Translations under genes and position numbers: made by a program | Shown here: positions 59,101 through 64,000 of the stretch, in pieces | Numbering within the stretch: the stretch's first letter is position 1 | Layout of the letters: each line of letters starts with the position of its first letter | Notes under the pieces: generated by a model | Database searches by the model: none | What the model was told of the DNA's origin: nothing | Seen by the model: the letters and a program-made list of their open reading frames with translations, nothing else | Assembly (NCBI GenBank): GCA_963665975.1 | Contig: OY762508.1 | Span: 2,267,353 to 2,331,352, forward strand | DNA: 64,000 nucleotides | Direction of reading: 5' to 3' | Source of the DNA: Rhodothermales bacterium | GTDB lineage: Bacteria; Bacteroidota; Rhodothermia; Rhodothermales; Bin80

Positions 59101-59302
59101 TCCTGCTCTCGGCATGGTGCCCGTGGCACGTGAAGCAGTGCTCGGCCAGAATGGGTTTGACGTGAAAATTGTAATCTACCTCCTCAAGAGCAGTCGCTCT
59201 TTCCTCTGCAGACGGTTCTCCCGAAGGAGAGCAAGCGCTGCATGTAAACAGAAGCACTAGTAGCAGCGCGCAGGTGAGATTGGCCTTAACTGCGGTTACC
59301 AT
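56144..59302 (-). CDS. PSCyt/DUF1549/DUF1553 protein (planctomycete-type cytochrome c N-terminal domain)
   Basis: ORF 56144..59392. The start at 59302 ([19 protein letters not shown]) avoids overlap with ggt. It has the N-terminal CFTCHG heme motif, the DUF1549-like [13 protein letters not shown] and the DUF1553-like [13 protein letters not shown]. It lies 8 nt upstream of its DUF1501 partner. Confidence 0.85.
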   Translation of the reverse strand: MVTAVKANLTCALLLVLLFTCSACSPSGEPSAEERATALEEVDYNFHVKPILAEHCFTCHGHHAESRKADLELHTEHGLFAALRDDSTRRVVVPGDPAKSELIRRITSPIAKDRMPPPEAPRALTEYQAEVLKEWVRQGAEWKPHWAFIPPSRVDIPVTRASNWARNPIDHFVLARLEREGLEPSREADRYTLIRRLYLDLAGLPPSSARVQSFVQDSRDDAVELLVDELLASPHFGERMAVFWLDLARFADTNGYSIDGGRHLWLWRDWVIHAFNENKPFDTFIIEQLAGDLLEQPTEAQLVATGFHRNHMITHEGGTIPEENLTNYVADRVKTTGEVFLGLTMACAQCHDHKYDPITQQDYYRFFAFFNTIEDRGLDGDAGVNALPSMQASTLLASEEEITAIREELVRLRATLASDHHKQPVWEESMRRELAERGRGLALHPVRVLKVTTPNSGYTGEILPDGSVFIGQPGGLAAYNVSLRLDGEAGSQPLSGLRIIFSPHPHIRQGSIGHGARLDGSFILTSVHVSKDALPSDQVDPHLTQPIRRVTASHAHPDYPANAALDERRINGWSPHPQNRSSQHITLTLEEPIDPTETPFVTLMLNFGAGDNLIGGHFRVLAMEGTDDGSSVPSDEAEILYTDPARRTSEAKERLRAFFAATSLQVASLRYQVENLEERLDVLTGTHSTMVMNVAAKPRETFVLNRGQYDQPLYRVDPGVPSVLPPMSDGATASRLDLALWLTEKDHPLTARVAVNRFWQMLFGTGLVSTAADFGMRGALPSHPALLDWLAVEFINSDWNVKALLKQIVLSAAYRQQSVTSDDLLAHDPQNRLLARGPRFRLQAEFIRDLALQVSGLMVPQLGGPSVHPYQPAGLWKEISHYGSTPATAQVFVQDHADKLYRRSLYTYWKRTAPPPSMLMFDAPTREVCTVTREVTNTPLQALVLLNDPQFVEASRAFAERVLLETSGDRDTRLRFAYQEVTGRVPDRATMTILRNRLEEELATFGRDPDRAQQYLSIGESPRSELLDTREHAAWMTVASLLLNLSETITRD

Positions 59303-59321
59303 GGCTATTGCATTGAGCGGC

Positions 59322-61157
59322 TTACCAGCCAATGCCGTAGTCTTCGCCGTGGTTGCTGGCTCCGCCCCACAGGGTGCCATGCTCCCGGTCAAAGTAAATG
59401 GCAGTAATGGGTCCTGACGTGCGTGCGCCGTACTCTATGTCGTAGCCCATTTCGTCCAGCCGGCTACGGACCCACGGTGGAACAGCGTCGTTGAGCAGAA
59501 TGCGGCCGGGATGCTTTTCGTGCGCGCCGAAGGATCCGTAAAGCTGAAAGCTGTTGATGTTTGCCGCTTCAACAGACTCCTGGACATTCATGCCGAACTC
59601 GACCATGTTGAGGAAGAACTGCAACAGGTTCTGGTCCTGGCTGTCGCCTCCCTGCACCGCGAAGGAGAGGTATGGCATACCATCCTTCAGCGCCATACCC
59701 GGGGTAAGCGTGGCGCGTGGGCGCTTGCCGGGCTCGACGACATTATAGGGGTTTTCGGACGGATCCAGGACAAAGCTCTGCATCCGCTGGCTGAGCCCGA
59801 TGCCTGTACGTCCGGCAACGACAGCTGGAATCCATCCACCGCTTGGCGTGACCGAGACTACCCAACCTTCCGCGTCAGCGGCCTGAATGGAAGTAGTGCC
59901 GGCATAAAAATCCTCCTTGTAATCCGTGTCCGAAGAAACAGGCTCCCGCGCGGCGGCCCACTGCTCAAGATGGTGCAGGTAGGGATTCTCTCCGTCCTGG
60001 AATGGATAGGGGTCGCCTGGCTTGGCATCAGGATCGTTACGCTCCCAGTCGATGTCTGCGAGGCGGGACTTGGCGTATTCCTTGGATAGCAGCCCGGCCA
60101 ATGGCTCTTCCGGCGGGAAATACGGATCTCCATAGTAGAAGTCGCGGTCGGCAAAGGCGAGATTCATGACCTGGTAGAGGGCATGAATGTACCGCGCGCT
60201 GTTGTAGCCCATGTCCTGAACGTCTAGATTCTCGAGCATATTCAGCGCCTGCAGCATGACCGGCCCCTGCACCCACGAGGTGAGTTTATAGACCTCGATT
60301 CCCTTGTACTCGGTCATCACCGGCTCTTCGATGTAGACCTGCCATTGCGCTAAATCCTCCATGGTGAGGAGTCCTCCCTGCTCCCGCGTGCCACGCACCA
60401 ACTCTTCGGCGACATCACCCTTGTAGAAACGGTCGTATGCCGCATAGATGGCCTCTTTGCGCGTCTTGCCAGCCGCAAGGGCTTCCGCTTCGGTGGCAAC
60501 AAGTTTGCGCAGCGTAGCAGCGAGATCGAGCTGGCGGAAGATTTCGCCGGTCCGGGGGGCCTCGTGAGTCTCGCCGAAGTGCGGCAAGAAGATCGATCGC
60601 GAGTAGGGCCATTTCTTGATGTGTTCCTTGTTGCGTTCAATACTGGCGGAAGCTTGCGCTTCCATGGGATAGCCTTCGGCCATCTGTATCGAAGGCTCCA
60701 GGATATCCTTCAGGCTGAGCGTCCCATACTCCGCGAGCATGACCATGAGCCCACCGGGGGTGCCCGGTGTTACCGCGGCCTGGGCGCCGAACTCGGGTGG
60801 GTATTGTAATTCCTGTTCCTTGAAAAACGCGGCCGTAGCTCCCGTCGGCGCGACTCCGAGCGCATTGATGCCGACGACGTCACCGGTATTGGGGTTGTAG
60901 ATGAGCGCCTGTGTTTCACCTCCCCAACTCAAGACATCCCACATGGTTGACGTGGCGCCTAACATCGCACAGGCAGCGTCGACGGCATTGCCCCCTTTGG
61001 CGAACATCATGGCGCCAGCGGTCGCGCCGAGCGGCTTTCCGGTTATGGCAATCCAATGACGGCCGTGCAGGACAGGTTTGGCGGTCTGCTGTGCGGCGAC
61101 CGGCAGAGCGAGTAGCGCAATGAGCAGGAACGGAACACCGGTTCTATTCAGGGACAT
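59322..61157 (-). CDS. gamma-glutamyltransferase family protein (second, divergent copy)
   Basis: ORF 59322..61283. The signal peptide from 61157 is MSLNRTGVPFLLIALLALPVAAQQ. It has the processing-site context FYAGTTSIQAAD and GGDSQDQ. Confidence 0.8.
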   Translation of the reverse strand: MSLNRTGVPFLLIALLALPVAAQQTAKPVLHGRHWIAITGKPLGATAGAMMFAKGGNAVDAACAMLGATSTMWDVLSWGGETQALIYNPNTGDVVGINALGVAPTGATAAFFKEQELQYPPEFGAQAAVTPGTPGGLMVMLAEYGTLSLKDILEPSIQMAEGYPMEAQASASIERNKEHIKKWPYSRSIFLPHFGETHEAPRTGEIFRQLDLAATLRKLVATEAEALAAGKTRKEAIYAAYDRFYKGDVAEELVRGTREQGGLLTMEDLAQWQVYIEEPVMTEYKGIEVYKLTSWVQGPVMLQALNMLENLDVQDMGYNSARYIHALYQVMNLAFADRDFYYGDPYFPPEEPLAGLLSKEYAKSRLADIDWERNDPDAKPGDPYPFQDGENPYLHHLEQWAAAREPVSSDTDYKEDFYAGTTSIQAADAEGWVVSVTPSGGWIPAVVAGRTGIGLSQRMQSFVLDPSENPYNVVEPGKRPRATLTPGMALKDGMPYLSFAVQGGDSQDQNLLQFFLNMVEFGMNVQESVEAANINSFQLYGSFGAHEKHPGRILLNDAVPPWVRSRLDEMGYDIEYGARTSGPITAIYFDREHGTLWGGASNHGEDYGIGW

Positions 61158-61310
61158 GCCTCCAGGAATTCGTGAGCGGACAAGCAAGCGTCCATACAAG
61201 GTACTATACACCCGATACAAGGTGCACGTGCTATCTGCTCTCGTGCAGGCTGAAACCAAGGGTGCGCCAGCGCGACTGCGCAATAACAGGAATGGCAGGT
61301 CGGTTGAAGC

Positions 61311-62591
61311 CTATAGCGTGCGCCTCAGGGGCTTTTCTTCCAAGTCTTCCAGATCTGTCAGGATGTGGCCCATGCGGTCTCGCTTGGTCCGCAGATAGGA
61401 CTCGTTGATATCGTTGGCCGGAATTTCTATCGGAACACGCTCGACAATTTCCAGCCCGTAGCCGTGCAGGCCCACCCGCTTTGTGGGATTATTCGTCATC
61501 AGGCGGAGCTTGCGGATGCCCAGATTGCGCAGTATCTGGCAGCCGATGCCATAGTCCCGGTGATCCATTTTGAAGCCAAGCGCTTCGTTGGCATCTACCG
61601 TGTCGAGACCATCCTCCTGCAATTGGTAAGCGCGGAGCTTGTTCAATAGTCCGATTCCACGTCCCTCCTGTTTCATGTACAGGACTAGTCCCGTACCCTC
61701 CTGCGCAACGCGCTGCATGGCCTTATGGAGTTGCTGCCCGCAGTCGCATCGCTGGGATCCGAAGATATCACCCGTAACACACTGCGAGTGGACTCGCGTG
61801 AGCACCGGGTCATTCTCCGTCCAGGTTCCCTTGTACAGTGCCAGATGGGCATCACCGGTAAGTTGGTCTTCGAAGGCGGCTAACATGAATTCGCCGTACG
61901 CAGTAGGCAGCCGTACTTCCGCTACGCGCGTGACCAGCGATTCATTGCGCAGGCGATAGGCGATCAGGTCGCTAATCGTGATAATCGGCATATCGAAGCG
62001 CGCCGCGATCTTGCGCAACTCTGGCACACGAGCCATTGTACCGTCTTCATTGAGAATCTCCACCAGGACACCCACCGGCTGCTTGCCCGCAAGGATCGCC
62101 ATATCCACCGTGGCCTCGGTATGGCCAGCGCGCCGCAAGACCCCGCCTTGACTTGCTCGTAGCGGGAACACATGACCCGGCCGGGCAAAATCGGAGGCCG
62201 AGGCTGAAGGATCGGCCAGGGCGCGGATAGTTGTGGCGCGGTCGGAAGCGCTAATGCCCGTGGTGGTATCATGCCGGTAGTCCACCGATACCGTAAATGG
62301 CGTGTTGTACAGCCCGGTGTTGGCCGCAACCATCATATCTAGGCTCAGGCTGATCGTCCGGTCGGCAGCCATGGGCGCGCAAATAAGTCCCCGGCCGTGT
62401 TTGGCCATGAAATTGACCAGTTCCGGGGTAATGGTTTCTGCTGCGCCAATAAAATCTCCTTCGTTCTCACGATCCTCATCATCGACCACGATGATGAGCT
62501 TGCCCGCCCGGATTTCGGCTATGGCATCTTCTATGGTATCGAAGCTGAAGTCCTGCTGCGCGTCTGTGGACTCCATGCGCGGCACCTCCAA
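61311..62591 (-). CDS. ribBA: bifunctional 3,4-dihydroxy-2-butanone-4-phosphate synthase / GTP cyclohydrolase II
   Basis: 426 aa. DHBP synthase motifs are [10 protein letters not shown] and GHTEA. GCH-II motifs are [19 protein letters not shown] and EGRGIGL. Confidence 0.9.
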   Translation of the reverse strand: MEVPRMESTDAQQDFSFDTIEDAIAEIRAGKLIIVVDDEDRENEGDFIGAAETITPELVNFMAKHGRGLICAPMAADRTISLSLDMMVAANTGLYNTPFTVSVDYRHDTTTGISASDRATTIRALADPSASASDFARPGHVFPLRASQGGVLRRAGHTEATVDMAILAGKQPVGVLVEILNEDGTMARVPELRKIAARFDMPIITISDLIAYRLRNESLVTRVAEVRLPTAYGEFMLAAFEDQLTGDAHLALYKGTWTENDPVLTRVHSQCVTGDIFGSQRCDCGQQLHKAMQRVAQEGTGLVLYMKQEGRGIGLLNKLRAYQLQEDGLDTVDANEALGFKMDHRDYGIGCQILRNLGIRKLRLMTNNPTKRVGLHGYGLEIVERVPIEIPANDINESYLRTKRDRMGHILTDLEDLEEKPLRRTL

Positions 62592-62653
62592 GTGATCGTA
62601 GCAACGTCTATCCGGCTCACATGGCGTGAGCCGGCAGGCGAAACCAATAGAAC

Positions 62654-62956
62654 CTACGGGTTGACAGTTCCGATCCCACTTTTCTCAACACGGAGCTTAA
62701 CATTGGTGTGGACTTCGACCAACACACTGGTGTCGTCAACCTTGGTCACGGTCCCGTGAATACCTCCGGCTGTGATAATCTTGTCGTCTTTCTTGACCGC
62801 TTCGATCATCGCCTTGCGCTGGCTCTCGCGCTTTTTCTGCGGGCGGATGATGAAGAAGTAGAAGACCAGGAAGATGAGTAATAGCGGCACAAGCATGCCG
62901 AATGCGCCGAATGGGCTTGTTGCCTCCTGCAGGCCTAGAATCAGGAATAGGTGCAT
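62654..62956 (-). CDS. yajC: preprotein translocase subunit YajC
   Basis: ORF 62654..62998. From the M at 62956: [18 protein letters not shown] ... [12 protein letters not shown]. Confidence 0.85.
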   Translation of the reverse strand: MHLFLILGLQEATSPFGAFGMLVPLLLIFLVFYFFIIRPQKKRESQRKAMIEAVKKDDKIITAGGIHGTVTKVDDTSVLVEVHTNVKLRVEKSGIGTVNP

Positions 62957-63046
62957 GGGATCAGGGTGAATTACGGAGCACGAAAAGTTGCTGGGCAAGG
63001 TACAATGTCACACTCACAGTCGCACGCACGGCAAGCATGCAAAAAA

Positions 63047-63150
63047 GAAGGGTAAGCTATCCGCATCGCGTCGCTACAACCTCCTACCGCTGCTGCCTTC
63101 CGGCCCTGACGGAGTTAAGAGGGAGCTGACCGTGCGGGACTCACCCTTCC
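63047..63150 (-). ncRNA. ffs: small (4.5S-type) signal recognition particle RNA
   Basis: The reverse strand reads GGAAGGGUGAGUCCCGCA...CCGUCAGGGCCGGAAGGCAGCAGCGGUAGGAGG...UGCGGAUAGCUUACCCUUC followed by UUUUUU. It has the domain-IV signature GUCAGG-CCGGAAGG-AGCAGC. The 5' GAAGGGUGAG pairs with the 3' CUUACCCUUC. Confidence 0.8.
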
Positions 63151-63238
63151 CGCTGAAGTAACGTAACGTCTGCGTGTAGGTTTCTATGAAAGCAATGGCC
63201 AGGCATGCTCGGCGCAGGACTCCCCTGGTCGTAGTCTG

Positions 63239-64000
63239 TCAGATCATACCGACGCTGTCTACATCAATAGCGATCCGATATCCGCGCGGCGGCTTGCCGA
63301 AGTTCCTGATCACCAGACGAAGGCTTTCCTGCATGCCAGCGAAGGACTTCGGCGCTTTGAGGACAAGATGATGCCGGTACAGCTTCTTGACGCGCTCTAT
63401 GAGGGCCGGCTCCGGGCCGAGAACCTGGATCGCAGCGGGCAATTCCTGGACGACCAGTTGTTTCCAGCGCTGCGCAATGTCGCCAACCTGCTTTTCTTCC
63501 GGCCCCCGAAACTCGACACCCACGATTCGGCCAAAGGGCGGGTAGCCGAGCGCCTTTCGATCCAGCAGCATACGGTCGGCAAATCCCGCAAAATCATGCT
63601 GAAGTACATGCCAAAACAGTTCCTCTCCCGGTTGCCTCGTCTGCAAAAGGACATCCCCGCGAAGATCGGCTCTCCCAGCTCTGCCGGATACCTGCATGAG
63701 TAGCTGAAAAGTGCGCTCTTCCGCCCTGAAATCGGGCAACCACATACCGGCATCGGCATTGATGACCCCCACCAGGGTCACCCGGCGAAAATCCAGCCCC
63801 TTGGCCACCATCTGCGTGCCGATCAGAATGTCAGTCTTACCGCGACCGAATTGCTCGAGAATGTCGCGATGGGCATTCCTGGTGGACGTGGTGTCCCGGT
63901 CCATGCGGGCGATTCTTGCCGCCGGAAAGCAAGCATCGAGCTCCTCTTCCACGCGCTGCGTGCCGGCGCCCACCTGCCGCAAGTCCTGAGACTCGCACGT
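63239..64000 (-). CDS. priA: primosomal protein N' (PriA helicase), C-terminal part; N-terminus outside the window
   Basis: ORF 63239..63982 stays open to the window edge. Helicase C-terminal motifs are GTQRVEEEL, ILIGTQMVAKGLDF and QVSGRAGRA. Confidence 0.85.
   Translation of the reverse strand, partial: TCESQDLRQVGAGTQRVEEELDACFPAARIARMDRDTTSTRNAHRDILEQFGRGKTDILIGTQMVAKGLDFRRVTLVGVINADAGMWLPDFRAEERTFQLLMQVSGRAGRADLRGDVLLQTRQPGEELFWHVLQHDFAGFADRMLLDRKALGYPPFGRIVGVEFRGPEEKQVGDIAQRWKQLVVQELPAAIQVLGPEPALIERVKKLYRHHLVLKAPKSFAGMQESLRLVIRNFGKPPRGYRIAIDVDSVGMI

Noticed and set aside
62592-62653. FMN riboswitch upstream of ribBA
   Set aside because: Only about 60 nt separate ribBA from yajC, and no FMN-aptamer blocks are present. 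ribBA is probably co-transcribed with yajC or has a simple promoter.

Overview
This is a 64-kb chromosomal window, GC-rich by eye (not computed), with several lower-GC accessory patches. No searches were possible, so every family call below rests on motifs I read in the supplied translations or in my own hand translations.

The taxon is probably Rhodothermota/Bacteroidota-like. This is inference only, based on two proteins ending in T9SS-type C-terminal sorting domains, a CarboxypepD_reg-type TonB receptor and a YpdA-type flavoprotein.

Most of the window is ordinary metabolism and housekeeping:
- class-III and class-I aminotransferases
- aconitase
- recO
- hydantoinase/oxoprolinase A and B
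- two gamma-glutamyltransferases
- ribBA and yajC
- partial priA
- a GH3 glycosidase
- a DUF1501/DUF1553 pair
- a Tat-exported oxidoreductase cluster

RNA elements I could read directly:
- tRNA-Ala(CGC)
- a small SRP RNA
- a cobalamin riboswitch with a terminator abutting the AUG of a TonB receptor operon

Most noteworthy observations:
1. A lower-GC island sits directly 3' of tRNA-Ala. It carries an overlapping DarT (DUF4433 ADP-ribosyltransferase) / DarG (macrodomain) toxin-antitoxin/defence pair. It is bounded on the far side by a decayed IS3-type orfA.
2. An element of about 80-150 nt is present three times within 6 kb (about 4018, 7680 and 9812). It is the leader plus first codons of ypdA. 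Its internal hairpin keeps pairing through compensatory substitutions.
3. Two tandem paralogous heptaheme cytochrome c-TPR fusion proteins.
4. A B12-riboswitch operon whose second gene is a T9SS-secreted beta-propeller.
5. A decayed mobile/defence patch containing a transposase fragment, iteron-like repeats, and an AlbA_2/HATPase_c_4 gene broken by two homopolymer frameshifts.

No CRISPR array was seen. I did not find a clearly novel multi-gene system. The repeated ypdA-leader element is the feature I cannot assign to any family I know.
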